Shown one piece after another: positions 25,862-35,593 of a stretch of 64,000 nt of DNA. The notes under the pieces are model-generated. The model searched no databases. It had not been told where the DNA came from and worked only from the letters and a program-made list of their open reading frames with translations. This DNA is from an uncultured bacterium (GTDB lineage Bacteria > Babelota > Babeliae > Babelales > RVW-14). The position numbers and the translations under genes were made by a program. The stretch spans positions 2,540 to 66,539 of the forward strand of contig CAIKAH010000001.1 of the NCBI GenBank assembly GCA_903825355.1, in the 5' to 3' direction. Each line of letters starts with the position of its first letter. The stretch's first letter is position 1.

Positions 25862-27568
25862 ATGAATATATATACTATTTTTACCCTACTGATGTTGTTA
25901 TGTATTCCAACCAACACTACCTTTGCAAGCTCTAAAAAAAAACGCCCCCTAGAAGAGGATACTCAAAACATTATCGATCTAAACAGCGACGATGAACCAA
26001 GAGAAATAACAAAGCCAGGTACTCCACCACCCATCGTACTTACGGCAGCGGGGCAGACAGTAGAAAGTTTTTTAAATAATCTTTTTTTTACTCGCAAAGA
26101 ATTTCGCTGTACCTCCACAGAAGTTGAAACATTTCAACAACAATGGGCTTTGCTAACGTCACGAGACCAAACTCATCTCAGAACATGTAATGATGGCAAG
26201 TTCAACGACACCATTGAAGAATTCTTAAAGTACAAAAAACGGCGTAAAAAAACACAGAATCAGGAACAGGGTCTATTAAACCTGTTAGAAAAAATTAATC
26301 CTACTAAGATCACGCTTGCTGATGTTACAGCATTTACCACAATATGGAACACATGGACGAAAAAAAACCAGCAATCATTTTTGGAAACGCATGAGAAAGA
26401 AATGGTGCTCATAGCACAACTAACATCAATGATTCCCGAAGACGAGGGCTTTTCTGATGACGACGCCGCTCCTCTTGTTGGAACCTATCTTCCTGCTATT
26501 CCTGCTGAAGGAAGTCTAGAGCCGCGCCCTCTAACCCGGGGTATTGAGAACCCTCACGTCATGTGTTTTATGAATGCAACACTACAGGAAATACTCGCCA
26601 GCCCAAGACAAGTTGCTTATCTCAGTATGTTGAAGCGTGAAGCTGTATTGACGCACGCAGCAGGTGATGGCAGAAGGACACCCCTTCTACAGGCTTTTTT
26701 TGATTATAGGGACAATTATTTTTTAACGGCTAGCCATGCGGTAGTTTCAGCAAGCGATCCTGTATATACAGCTTTTGCTCATGCCGTCCATACACTCCTT
26801 GATCCTAAACAGTTAAAACAACACGATCCGCATGAATTCTACACGCAGCTCTTTTCCGCTTTGCATGACCATGACACAGATACACCACGGGCCAATCAGC
26901 TACTACCAACACGCATAGAAACAACCAATACTTGTGCACGGAATAACCACACAAGAACTAAAAACAAGCCCTCATACGTTGTCATGCTAGACGGGTTAAA
27001 TAGTTATCCTGACCAAGATAAACCAATAACTATTACTAGGCTTCTCAATGACTATCAAGCACTTATAGCCAGAACTGACCAAATTGAATGTTCCATGTGC
27101 GGTTGCGAAAATGATGCCTGCCCAAAAAAATTTGCAGAGGAATGCCCATGTAAAGGTGATTTAGCAAAAGTATATAAGAAAAGTCATGACACCATGAAAT
27201 ATACCATACACCCTGAAAATCATTTAGTAATCTATGTTCAACGTTCTAATGCAGACGGAAGCAAATGCAAAAAGCCCATAATTGCTGAAAAATCTATTAC
27301 TGTTGATGGCAAACGTTTTCAGCTTATGTCGGTACTTTTTCATGGGGGCGAAAAAGCTGGTAGCGGCCACTGGACTACTCTAAGACAAGAAATATTATTT
27401 AACCCTAGAAACGGGGACTATCGCAATACCAATCATTGGATCTATTGCAATGACGCTCGCCTATATAATACGCCAGTCGACTTTCCCGTTACTATAACAT
27501 CAAAAAAAATGAGCCCTCGCCCAGGCAAACCTGATGCAACTATGTTCTTTTATGACCGCGTTGCTTAA
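25862..27568 (+). CDS. Secreted ubiquitin-specific-protease-like cysteine peptidase (C19/USP family, eukaryote-like)
   Basis: Cys box GIENPHVMCFMNATLQ (Cys235 at nt 26564-26566). His box GGEKAGSGHWTTL plus WIYCNDARLY. Cys-rich insert CSMCGCENDACPKKFAEECPC. Signal-like N-terminus MNIYTIFTLLMLLCIPTNTTFA. Confidence 0.75.
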   Translation: MNIYTIFTLLMLLCIPTNTTFASSKKKRPLEEDTQNIIDLNSDDEPREITKPGTPPPIVLTAAGQTVESFLNNLFFTRKEFRCTSTEVETFQQQWALLTSRDQTHLRTCNDGKFNDTIEEFLKYKKRRKKTQNQEQGLLNLLEKINPTKITLADVTAFTTIWNTWTKKNQQSFLETHEKEMVLIAQLTSMIPEDEGFSDDDAAPLVGTYLPAIPAEGSLEPRPLTRGIENPHVMCFMNATLQEILASPRQVAYLSMLKREAVLTHAAGDGRRTPLLQAFFDYRDNYFLTASHAVVSASDPVYTAFAHAVHTLLDPKQLKQHDPHEFYTQLFSALHDHDTDTPRANQLLPTRIETTNTCARNNHTRTKNKPSYVVMLDGLNSYPDQDKPITITRLLNDYQALIARTDQIECSMCGCENDACPKKFAEECPCKGDLAKVYKKSHDTMKYTIHPENHLVIYVQRSNADGSKCKKPIIAEKSITVDGKRFQLMSVLFHGGEKAGSGHWTTLRQEILFNPRNGDYRNTNHWIYCNDARLYNTPVDFPVTITSKKMSPRPGKPDATMFFYDRVA

Positions 27569-27600
27569 GTCTACATAAAGCGATTCATCTACTCCAAACT

Positions 27601-27638
27601 AAAAAGGGCCGTCATACGAAAGTATGACGGCCCTTTTT
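27601..27638. terminator. Bidirectional rho-independent terminator between the USP-like gene and htpX
   Basis: AAAAA-GGGCCGTCATAC-GAAA-GTATGACGGCCC-TTTTT: a perfect 12-bp GC-rich stem flanked by A and T runs. Confidence 0.85.
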
Positions 27639-27653
27639 AGTTTTTTCTAACTT

Positions 27654-28520
27654 TTACTTTCTAAGCGCCATCGCGCGCAGTCTTTTTACACGCTCTTCCA
27701 TTGGTGGATGAGTTGATAGCAAATGCATAATCCCCTTCATGGAGAATGGGTTTACAATAAACAAACTTGCCGTTGCAGCCTCAGCAGGTGACCCAGCCTC
27801 ATGCGGTCGGCGATGCGCACTACTATGTAATTTTTCAAGCGCAGAAGCCAACGCCAGCGGATCATGACAGGTCTTAGCTCCTGTTTCATCTGCTAAATAT
27901 TCTCTAGAACGGGAAATGGCCAATTGCAACAATGTTGCTGCAAGCGGCGTAATAATAATAATTGCTAATGCCGGTAATAGCCCCCCACCGCGTTCTTCAC
28001 GGTCACGCGAAGAACCAAAAATCATAGCCCATTGCATCATGTGAGCCAAATAACTAATGGCTGCAGCAAGCGTTGCAGCCACCGTACATACTAAAATATC
28101 GCGGTTTTTAACATGGGACATTTCATGCGCAAGTACGCCACGCATTTCATCAGCATCAAGAATCTCCAAAATGCCTTCTGTCACCGCCACTGAAGCATGC
28201 GCTGGGTTTCTACCAGTTGCAAATGCATTTGCGGTGTGATCAGGAATAAGCCATAATTTGGGCATAGGCATTTTTGCTTGAAAGCACAATTCCTCAACAA
28301 TTTCATAAATCCATTTATAGCGTACTTCATCTAGTGGCGTAGCTCGATACATAGCCAATACCATTTTATCTGAAAAAAAGTAGGTGATAAAATTAAACAA
28401 ACAAGCCATAACAAGCGCTATGGTTAATCCATTTTTTCCACCAACAAAGTACCCAACAAGAAAAAATAGGCTGCTCATAATTGCCAGCAGCATCATAGTT
28501 TTAATACGATTAAAATACAT
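27654..28520 (-). CDS. htpX: Membrane zinc metalloprotease HtpX (peptidase M48)
   Basis: HEMSHVKNRD zinc motif, four TM segments, and the conserved EYLADETGA and STHPPMEERV motifs. Confidence 0.9.
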   Translation of the reverse strand: MYFNRIKTMMLLAIMSSLFFLVGYFVGGKNGLTIALVMACLFNFITYFFSDKMVLAMYRATPLDEVRYKWIYEIVEELCFQAKMPMPKLWLIPDHTANAFATGRNPAHASVAVTEGILEILDADEMRGVLAHEMSHVKNRDILVCTVAATLAAAISYLAHMMQWAMIFGSSRDREERGGGLLPALAIIIITPLAATLLQLAISRSREYLADETGAKTCHDPLALASALEKLHSSAHRRPHEAGSPAEAATASLFIVNPFSMKGIMHLLSTHPPMEERVKRLRAMALRK

Positions 28521-28570
28521 AAACTAACTCCATCCCAGAAATATTAGTAAACGTTTTAATAACAAGATTT

Positions 28571-28816
28571 TTAATGATGAAAATTCTCACTTACAGCCTT
28601 AGCAATCCCTGAAATAAACAGAAAAGCACCACCCGCAATTACTAAAACTACGGGCACAATAACTAATAACCACACCCGTGCCGTAGAAGAAAGCGCATTC
28701 CATACCACCGCAAAAGGTAATATGGCTACTGCCGTTGCGTAAAACGTCGCAAAATAAGCGCTTAAGATTCCTAATACCCCATACACAATGTAGCGAAAAA
28801 AACGAAGAACTTGCAT
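28571..28816 (-). CDS. Small membrane protein (2-3 TM), unknown function
   Basis: 81-aa ORF that is almost entirely hydrophobic helices. It lies directly upstream of htpX on the same strand. Confidence 0.55.
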   Translation of the reverse strand: MQVLRFFRYIVYGVLGILSAYFATFYATAVAILPFAVVWNALSSTARVWLLVIVPVVLVIAGGAFLFISGIAKAVSENFHH

Positions 28817-28888
28817 AGCAAATCTCCTTCTAGTAAATGGGTAAGAAGACTACTCCAACTGCCCGGAGCCTAGCAGGAAATGGTCAAT

Positions 28889-28920
28889 ATTACTACTCTT
28901 TTTGCAAAATAAGAGGTCAA
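28889..28920 (-). promoter_or_regulatory. Candidate MerR-type promoter/operator upstream of the small-membrane-protein/htpX pair
   Basis: The minus strand reads TTGACC, then 19 nt (TCTTATTTTGCAAAAAGAG), then TAGTAA(T). The spacer contains the perfect palindrome TTTTGCAAAA (28900-28909). It sits just downstream of the MerR/HspR-like gene. Confidence 0.35.
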
Positions 28921-28927
28921 AAAAAGT

Positions 28928-29446
28928 CTAATCTTTCTCGTACTCAATCTCGAAGTCATCTATGGCAATATCTGGTTCCACATCATCATATGCATGTTTT
29001 CTAGTTGCCACCTTTTTAGGCTGTTTTTCATCAGGAAGTAATAACTGTTGCTTGCCTACTGGCAATTTTTCAGTCTTATTATCTTTGCGAATACCGGCCA
29101 GCTGCTGTGCCTGACGCCCAATATCTTGTCGCAACTGCTCTTTTTCTTCTTCAATTTCGTCTTCAGCCTCTTTGAACACTTTATTCATTTCGTCTTGCAT
29201 GCGCTTGATCTTTTTTTGCAGCTTCAAGATCATTTCTACGCCAGCTAAGTTAACGCCCAGCTTGTGCGTCAAATAAATAACCTCTTCAAGACGGTCAACA
29301 TCGTCTTCTGAGAAAAGGCGTGTATTACCCTCTGATCGCTTAGGCGTAATAAGGCCTTGTTTTTCATACATCCGAATGGTCTGTTGATGCACAGAAAACA
29401 TTTTAGCGACAACAGATATTGAGTAAAAACCCTTCCTTTTTCTCAT
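28928..29446 (-). CDS. MerR-family transcriptional regulator (HspR-like heat-shock regulator)
   Basis: N-terminal MerR helix-turn-helix (YSISVVAKMFSVHQQTIRMYEKQGLITPKRSEGNTRLFSEDDVDRLEEVIYLT), followed by a coiled-coil and an acidic tail. Confidence 0.8.
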   Translation of the reverse strand: MRKRKGFYSISVVAKMFSVHQQTIRMYEKQGLITPKRSEGNTRLFSEDDVDRLEEVIYLTHKLGVNLAGVEMILKLQKKIKRMQDEMNKVFKEAEDEIEEEKEQLRQDIGRQAQQLAGIRKDNKTEKLPVGKQQLLLPDEKQPKKVATRKHAYDDVEPDIAIDDFEIEYEKD

Positions 29447-29461
29447 CGCAACTCCTTGGCC

Positions 29462-31291
29462 TTAGTCATGCTTAAGAATGGTTAAAAACGCATCGTGTGG
29501 CAATTCAACGTTACCAACTTGCTTCATCTTCTTCTTACCTTCTTTTTGCTTTTCAAGCAACTTGCGCTTACGGCTAATATCCCCGCCGTAACATTTTGCA
29601 ATAACGTTTTTACGCATTGCTGATACGGTTTCACGCGCAATAACTTTTGCACCAATTGCAGCCTGAATAGCAACTTCAAACATCTGTCTATGGATAACTT
29701 CTTTCAGCTTCTGTGTCAACTGACGGCCTACAGTAAACGCCTTGTCTTCATGCACAATCATTGAAAGAGCATCAACAGCTTTACCATTAAGCAAGATGTT
29801 CATTTTCACTAAATCTGATTCTTGGTAGCCAGCTTGCTCATAATCAAAACTAGCGTAGCCCGCACTGATGGACTTTAATTTGTCATAAAAATCAGTAATG
29901 ATTTCATTCAACGGCAATTTGTAACGCAAGATAATCCGCCCTTCATCCAAGAAGGTCATCTCTTGTTGCACCCCACGACGGTCTTGGCAAAGATTCATGA
30001 TATTACCCAAATACTCTTTTGGCATAATCAATGTTGCTAAAACCACTGGCTCAAATACCGCTTCTATTTTAGTTACTTCAGGAAATTTTGATGGGTTTTC
30101 AATAACTTCTTCTTCCCCACTCGTCAACCGTACTTTATAAAGTACGGTCGGGGAAGTAACAATAATATTGGCATTATACTCTTGCTCCAAACGTTGCTTA
30201 AATACGTCCATATGGAGCAATCCCAAAAAGCCACAACGAAAACCAAGCCCGAGCGCCACTGATGTTTCTTTTTCAACGTGCACACTTGGATCATTCAACG
30301 TCAATTTTTCAATTGCATCACGAACCATCTCAAATTCAGTAGTATCAAGCGGATAAATCCCAGCAAAAACCATTGACTTTGCTGGCTTAAAGCCTGGCAA
30401 AGCTGGCACTGGATGTTTTGCGTGGCACAGGGTATCCCCAACACGAGCTTCTTTAACCGTTTTCATACCAGTAATCACATATCCTACCTGGCCGGTGTAA
30501 AGTGCTTGTTGTTGTAATGGTTCAGGATACATTAATCCAAGCTCCAACACTTCATACTCTTGCCCAGTGTGTGCAGCCATGATGATGTCGCCTTTTTTCA
30601 AAGAGCCATCAATAATTTCAATCAAACAGATAACCCCACGATATTCGTCATACCATGAGTCAAAAAGCAGGGCCTTGAGGGGCTTATTGGCATCCCCTGT
30701 AGGCGCTGGAATCCGTTCAATAACTTGCATAATCAACTCATCAATACCAATCCCTACTTTTGCAGAAATGAGCATGATATCTTCTTGCTTAGTATCAAAA
30801 ACCTTCTCCATCTCGCGCCCAACACGGTCAGGATCAGCATTCATCATATCAATTTTATTAATCACCGGCACAATAGTTAAGTTCTGCTCAAATGCCAAAT
30901 AAAAATTTGCCATTGTCTGTGCTTGCACCCCCTGCACTGCATCAACAACCAATAAAGCTCCCTGACAGGCATATAACGAGCGCGAAACTTCATAGGTAAA
31001 ATCAACATGCCCGGGGGTATCAATCAAATTAAGGAGATATGTTTTACCTTTGTATTCATAAAACAAAGTCGCTGTTTGTGCTTTTACGGTAATGCCTCGC
31101 TCACGCTCAACCTGCAATTTATCCAAAAACTGCGTAGCTTTTTCACGCATAGAAATGGTTTCTGCCTTTTCAAGGAGACGGTCAGCAAGGGTAGATTTAC
31201 CGTGGTCAATATGCGCAATAATTGAAAAATTGCGGATGCACGACAACTCAAAATCTTTAAGATTAAAATTTGCAATGGAGCTTATATTCAT
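29462..31291 (-). CDS. lepA: Elongation factor 4 (LepA)
   Basis: GTPase motifs [14 protein letters not shown] and NKID, plus the LepA-specific C-terminal domain ([24 protein letters not shown]). Confidence 0.95.
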   Translation of the reverse strand: MNISSIANFNLKDFELSCIRNFSIIAHIDHGKSTLADRLLEKAETISMREKATQFLDKLQVERERGITVKAQTATLFYEYKGKTYLLNLIDTPGHVDFTYEVSRSLYACQGALLVVDAVQGVQAQTMANFYLAFEQNLTIVPVINKIDMMNADPDRVGREMEKVFDTKQEDIMLISAKVGIGIDELIMQVIERIPAPTGDANKPLKALLFDSWYDEYRGVICLIEIIDGSLKKGDIIMAAHTGQEYEVLELGLMYPEPLQQQALYTGQVGYVITGMKTVKEARVGDTLCHAKHPVPALPGFKPAKSMVFAGIYPLDTTEFEMVRDAIEKLTLNDPSVHVEKETSVALGLGFRCGFLGLLHMDVFKQRLEQEYNANIIVTSPTVLYKVRLTSGEEEVIENPSKFPEVTKIEAVFEPVVLATLIMPKEYLGNIMNLCQDRRGVQQEMTFLDEGRIILRYKLPLNEIITDFYDKLKSISAGYASFDYEQAGYQESDLVKMNILLNGKAVDALSMIVHEDKAFTVGRQLTQKLKEVIHRQMFEVAIQAAIGAKVIARETVSAMRKNVIAKCYGGDISRKRKLLEKQKEGKKKMKQVGNVELPHDAFLTILKHD

Positions 31292-31310
31292 GGAATTAAG
31301 AATCTTTCAA

Positions 31311-33011
31311 TTACATGCGTTCTGGCTTAGAAATACCAAGCAGGTCTAAACAAAGGCTTAACACATTTTGGACAGAATGCACCATCAACATACGTAATTC
31401 TGAAACTGCTGTTTGATGCTTATCAATAACTTTATTACGAGTGTAGTAACTATGCAAACATTGTGCTAGTTCAAGGGCATAATACGAAAGCATATGAGAT
31501 TGATGGCCTTGCGCTGTTGCACGTAAAATATTTTCTAGCAAACACATTTTTTTCAGCAAATCCCGCTCTTCTTCAGTAACATGCGGCATAAGTGCTATCA
31601 GCTGCTCACGAGTTACCTTTCCGTGCCGCACTTGATCTACCCAATCACCAAACTCTTCAACTGCTGCCCTGTCAAGTAAACTACTAATCCGCACAAAAGC
31701 ATATTGAATATAATAGACGGGATTTTCATCAGTCTTTTTAAGAGCTGTTGCTAGATCAAAATCCAAGGTCATATCTGCTTTACGATTTAGGTAAAAAAAC
31801 CGTGCTACATCAGTACCAACTTCTTCAATCACATCGCTTAGCTTAGTAAAATTACCAGCTCGCTTGGACATGCGCACCGCTACATCATTTTCTTTTATAT
31901 TCACCAGCTGATACAAAATAACTTCCAACTGATCAGGGTTAAAGCCCAGCGCTTCCATCGTAGCTTTCAAGCGCTTAACATAACCATGGTGATCATGGCC
32001 TAAAATATCAATCAATTGATCGTACCCACGATCAAATTTGTTTTTGTGATACGCAATATCAGCTGCAATATAGGTCAATTCGCCTGTGCTTTTACGTACT
32101 ACGCGGTCTTTATCATCACCAAAATCAGTAGACTTAAACCACAAGGCTCCATCTTTTTCGTAGGCAAGCCCCTTAGTGACAAGCAAATCAAGAGCGCGCT
32201 CTACTGAACCATCATCATGCAATGTTTTCTCAGAGAACCAACGATCAAAATGAATGCGATAGGAGGTCAAATCAGCTTTAATCAGATGCAGTAACTGTTC
32301 TTTGGCATAAAGCTCAAAAAATACTGCTGGCTTTTCTTTGAGTGAATCACCATTGGCTAGTACACAGTCTTTGGCAACAGCAATCAAATATTCGCCCGCA
32401 TACCCGTCCTCAGGCAACTCCTGAGCAATCCCAAGCTCTTGCAAGCAGCGTGCTCGTAACGAAAGCCCTAATTTATTGATCTGATTACCAGCATCATTTA
32501 TATAAAATTCTTTGTCCACCTGATGACCCAAAAAAATCATCACACGAGTAAGCGTATCTCCAATTATGCCACCGCGCCCATGCCCCAGATGAAGTGGACC
32601 AGTTGGATTAGCACTTACAAATTCAATCAAAACCCTTTTTTTTGGCTCATGGTCATCAAGCTTAAAAAATGCTTCTTTTTGCGTTATCAATTCAAACAAT
32701 AATTGTTCGGTAGCCGCTCGAGAGAGCATTAAGTTAATAAAGCCAGGGCCAGCAATATGCACTTGCTCAACATAAAGTCGCATTTCGTGGGTAGTGGATA
32801 AAGCTTCCTTTATGTCATCTGCAATAACACGTGGATTAAGCCCAACGATTTTGGTCAAAATCATAGCAATATTAGTACTCAGATCACCAAATTTTGCTTC
32901 AGCACCAATATTGAGTTTAAATTCAAGATTTTTAAAATCGATATCAGTCAATGCATATTTTCGCTTTGCTTCAACCGTGATAAAATTTCTAATGGTCGTC
33001 AAAAGATTCAT
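31311..33011 (-). CDS. argS: Arginine--tRNA ligase
   Basis: Class I HIGH variant (SANPTGPLHLGHGRG), MSKRAG (KMSKS-like), and a DALR anticodon-binding C-terminus. Confidence 0.95.
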   Translation of the reverse strand: MNLLTTIRNFITVEAKRKYALTDIDFKNLEFKLNIGAEAKFGDLSTNIAMILTKIVGLNPRVIADDIKEALSTTHEMRLYVEQVHIAGPGFINLMLSRAATEQLLFELITQKEAFFKLDDHEPKKRVLIEFVSANPTGPLHLGHGRGGIIGDTLTRVMIFLGHQVDKEFYINDAGNQINKLGLSLRARCLQELGIAQELPEDGYAGEYLIAVAKDCVLANGDSLKEKPAVFFELYAKEQLLHLIKADLTSYRIHFDRWFSEKTLHDDGSVERALDLLVTKGLAYEKDGALWFKSTDFGDDKDRVVRKSTGELTYIAADIAYHKNKFDRGYDQLIDILGHDHHGYVKRLKATMEALGFNPDQLEVILYQLVNIKENDVAVRMSKRAGNFTKLSDVIEEVGTDVARFFYLNRKADMTLDFDLATALKKTDENPVYYIQYAFVRISSLLDRAAVEEFGDWVDQVRHGKVTREQLIALMPHVTEEERDLLKKMCLLENILRATAQGHQSHMLSYYALELAQCLHSYYTRNKVIDKHQTAVSELRMLMVHSVQNVLSLCLDLLGISKPERM

Positions 33012-33032
33012 ATAAAGGAGCCTTTAATTACT

Positions 33033-33103
33033 TTCCCGCTTACCCTAGTCTTATCGAAAAGTCCCCGTTGTATCAGGTATAGCCTTGGCAAAGGAGAAGC
33101 GGT
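33033..33103. repeat. Third locus of the GC-rich intergenic repeat unit
   Basis: TTCCCGCTTACCCTAGTCTTATCGAA...GGCAAAGGAGAAGCGGT aligns ungapped with the reverse complement of 7667-7726 (TCCCCCGCTCACCCTGAGCATCTCGAA...GGCCAAGAAAGAGCGGT). By my count, 22 of the first 31 and 13 of the last 17 positions are identical. A weaker inverted partner may lie at about 33140-33235. Confidence 0.55.
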
Positions 33104-33251
33104 TTTAATTCAAATTTAAATTCACCCATCCATAAAGAGGGCCGCTCATTCTACCAAGATATAAAGAACTTGAAAAGCACAACCCTCTCTCGATCGTTAT
33201 TCTTGAGCTATAAGCAAGGCTGAGCCCCCTAAATCACCATAATCAATGAGA

Positions 33252-34634
33252 CTAAAAATGGACTGCTAATGAGCAGCCAAGCGAACCTGCAATCATATCA
33301 GTTGCCCAACTATACTTACCAAGAATGGGTAGACTATATTCAACGCTAGCCAATACGCCGATTGCTGACCCAAACATTTCTGCTGTATTTACCTGTACAG
33401 CGGCACGCAACACATGCGTTTCCCATCCCTGTAGACGGGTGTCACTATCAGCATAATGATTTGGCAACACCAGCTCATAATTTCCACCAGCAAGCGCTTT
33501 AGCTTGCTCAGCCGCAATTTTGGTCGATAAATAATTTCCATCACGCACGTCATAGGTTGTTCGCTCCTGGCATGTGAATGTGTAACCAACTAAGGCACGC
33601 AGCCCTTTGATCAATTTATTAACGCCTACGTAGCCACCAATATCCCAGAGGGAACCATAGTCTTCTGAAACACGCACCTTTTCCAAAACAATCCAACCAT
33701 TTTGATTTAAATCGGTTTTAAGACGAGCGTTGCGACGCGCATGAAAAAACACACTGCTTCCTGCTTGAAGCCCAACAGTAAGATAATCAAATACATTTGC
33801 TTCAAGGGCACCCCGACCGATACAGCCTATGTGTCCATTGTGCCCACGAGGCAGATCAAAAACTACATTTGCATCTTTGCCGCTGGCAGCCGGCAGACTA
33901 AAACCAAATTGCATATAGCCAGCTACTTCGGTTACAAGCGGAGCAAGACGAGCTGAATAGCCTTCCCAGCCAACAGAAAGCACGGGATCACCAATATCCC
34001 ACCCTCGACGCACATCAGTAATAGGCTTGATGCCATGCTCTTTTAAAATCAGCGGTAGAAAGGTGGTAATAAAATGTACCATATTTTGGCCAAGTGGATC
34101 AGCAATCCCCACATTAGTTGCCTTAATACCACTGATAGTAAATTTACTAAAAGGTATAAACGCCTGCAGATACAAACCATACCAGAAGGGCACCTGCGCC
34201 TGCACCGAAACGTCAGTGATACTAAAATTACCGCCATATACTACTTTGCCATCATTGACGCCAAGCGTTTTGGCTGTAACCGCTGCATCAATCAGTTTAT
34301 TGCGCCATAAACCAGTAGTTGGATGCCAAAAACGATGAGTGATAGGCATTTTCGCTGCATCTACATTATCTAAATTACTCCCCAACCGTAGCAAATCAAA
34401 CGCCCCATTAGCATTAAAAAGGGGTGTTTTATTTTCATGCCCATCAAAGGCTGTGTGCGTACTGCCGCTGGCTGCTCTGAGTGAAACTCTTGCCGGTGCT
34501 TTTTTTACAAAATGGTGCGGCAAATTTGACATAAGGCCTGCACGATAAAATAGTTGCGCATCCCCCGCTAAAACCCAAGAAACTATTGTAAAATTCACTG
34601 CCGCAAGCAGCATTAAACGTTTCATGCTATTCAT
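33252..34634 (-). CDS. Outer-membrane beta-barrel protein (porin-like), unknown specificity
   Basis: 460 aa with a signal peptide (MNSMKRLMLLAAVNFTIVSWVLAG), an alternating amphipathic strand pattern, aromatic-rich sequence, and a terminal ...SLAVHF ending in Phe, typical of OMP beta-signals. Confidence 0.7.
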   Translation of the reverse strand: MNSMKRLMLLAAVNFTIVSWVLAGDAQLFYRAGLMSNLPHHFVKKAPARVSLRAASGSTHTAFDGHENKTPLFNANGAFDLLRLGSNLDNVDAAKMPITHRFWHPTTGLWRNKLIDAAVTAKTLGVNDGKVVYGGNFSITDVSVQAQVPFWYGLYLQAFIPFSKFTISGIKATNVGIADPLGQNMVHFITTFLPLILKEHGIKPITDVRRGWDIGDPVLSVGWEGYSARLAPLVTEVAGYMQFGFSLPAASGKDANVVFDLPRGHNGHIGCIGRGALEANVFDYLTVGLQAGSSVFFHARRNARLKTDLNQNGWIVLEKVRVSEDYGSLWDIGGYVGVNKLIKGLRALVGYTFTCQERTTYDVRDGNYLSTKIAAEQAKALAGGNYELVLPNHYADSDTRLQGWETHVLRAAVQVNTAEMFGSAIGVLASVEYSLPILGKYSWATDMIAGSLGCSLAVHF

Positions 34635-34688
34635 ACCTCTTTAGTTAAAATAATGCCAGCAAGGCACCGCTATTAAACTTGTTATTTG

Positions 34689-35000
34689 CTAAGCACACTC
34701 TTTGTAGAGCCATTCACCAAACGAATCTGTGACCTCAACATTTGCTTGAGATATGCAGGGTATATCAAATCCATGCAAATCTTGCAAAAAATGTACCGCG
34801 TCCGCCGCCCGCTCTTGCAAGGTTTTAAACAGCACCACCGTCTCTCCCTCCCGGCTACTAGCTCCTGTCCATTGTAGCCCACGCTGTGTAGCAAAAACAT
34901 TAGCACAGGCTACCAACCGCTGCGCCATGAGACAATCAATTGCACGCATTGCCTGTTCATGTGACCCAAACGTAACATATAAAAATACTGCCTTCTGCAT
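34689..35000 (-). CDS. cutA: Divalent-cation tolerance protein CutA
   Basis: The 103-aa product is colinear with CutA1 (VFLYVTFGSHEQA...LVACANVF...FDIPCI). Confidence 0.8.
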   Translation of the reverse strand: MQKAVFLYVTFGSHEQAMRAIDCLMAQRLVACANVFATQRGLQWTGASSREGETVVLFKTLQERAADAVHFLQDLHGFDIPCISQANVEVTDSFGEWLYKECA

Positions 35001-35142
35001 AGCCTATCCTTTTCCCTTGAATACTAATTAAATCTCATCTCTCAATTAAATTGATTGACAATCGAATATTTTGACTCAAGACTAATCGATGTTACTATAG
35101 TCCGTGATAAAATTATATATAAACCTGACCAGGAGGGATGTC

Positions 35143-35430
35143 ATGCTTTTTAACATTTTGCTCGTGTTTTTGGTAACATGCTTTGTTTCAACAACAATAC
35201 CAGAAGCCCTGCATGCTAAAGGAAGCAATCCTGATATTACTGATGTTGTTATAGAAAATGCGGCAGCCGTACAGGAAAACAATGATGAAGATGATACTTT
35301 CCCTAACATTGATAGCGATGATGAAGACGAAGACGAGCTAGGAAAAGAAGAACCGGTTTCGTTTGATCCTGCAGAAAATCGCGATATATCATTCAATTTT
35401 GATGAGCTAGAAGAAAACGATAAAGATTAA
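35143..35430 (+). CDS. Small secreted, highly acidic protein
   Basis: I chose the ATG at 35143, preceded by AGGAGGG; the track ORF starts at 35104. It has a signal-like N-terminus (MLFNILLVFLVTCFVSTTIPEALHA) and a D/E-rich remainder (DSDDEDEDELGKEE...). Confidence 0.65.
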   Translation: MLFNILLVFLVTCFVSTTIPEALHAKGSNPDITDVVIENAAAVQENNDEDDTFPNIDSDDEDEDELGKEEPVSFDPAENRDISFNFDELEENDKD

Positions 35431-35470
35431 TCAGCTAGCTCTATCATTATTCAGGCTTATTGATTTTTAG

Positions 35471-35514
35471 CCGCTACCCCATTTTGTAAACTAAAATAAG
35501 GTAGCGGTTTTTTT
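35471..35514 (+). terminator. Rho-independent terminator after the acidic-protein gene
   Basis: CCGCTACC (35471-35478) pairs with GGTAGCGG (35500-35507), followed by TTTTTTT. Confidence 0.6.
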
Positions 35515-35520
35515 ATAAAA

Positions 35521-35549
35521 TTTGCTTTTATCACTACAAGCGATAAACT
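35521..35549 (+). promoter_or_regulatory. Candidate promoter of the 306-aa paralog (inside a duplicated 53-nt upstream block)
   Basis: TTTGCT, 17 nt, TAAACT. The block 35505-35557 recurs at 36557-36609. Confidence 0.4.
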
Positions 35550-35593
35550 TGCGATCCTTTTTAACAAAAATATAACGCACAAGAGAAGATTAC

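Noticed and set aside
34682-35031. Alternative ORFs overlapping cutA (34682..34906 minus, 34686..34877 plus, 34753..35031 plus)
   Set aside because: The 34689..35000 frame gives a full-length CutA-like protein. The others are shorter, overlap it and have no recognisable features.
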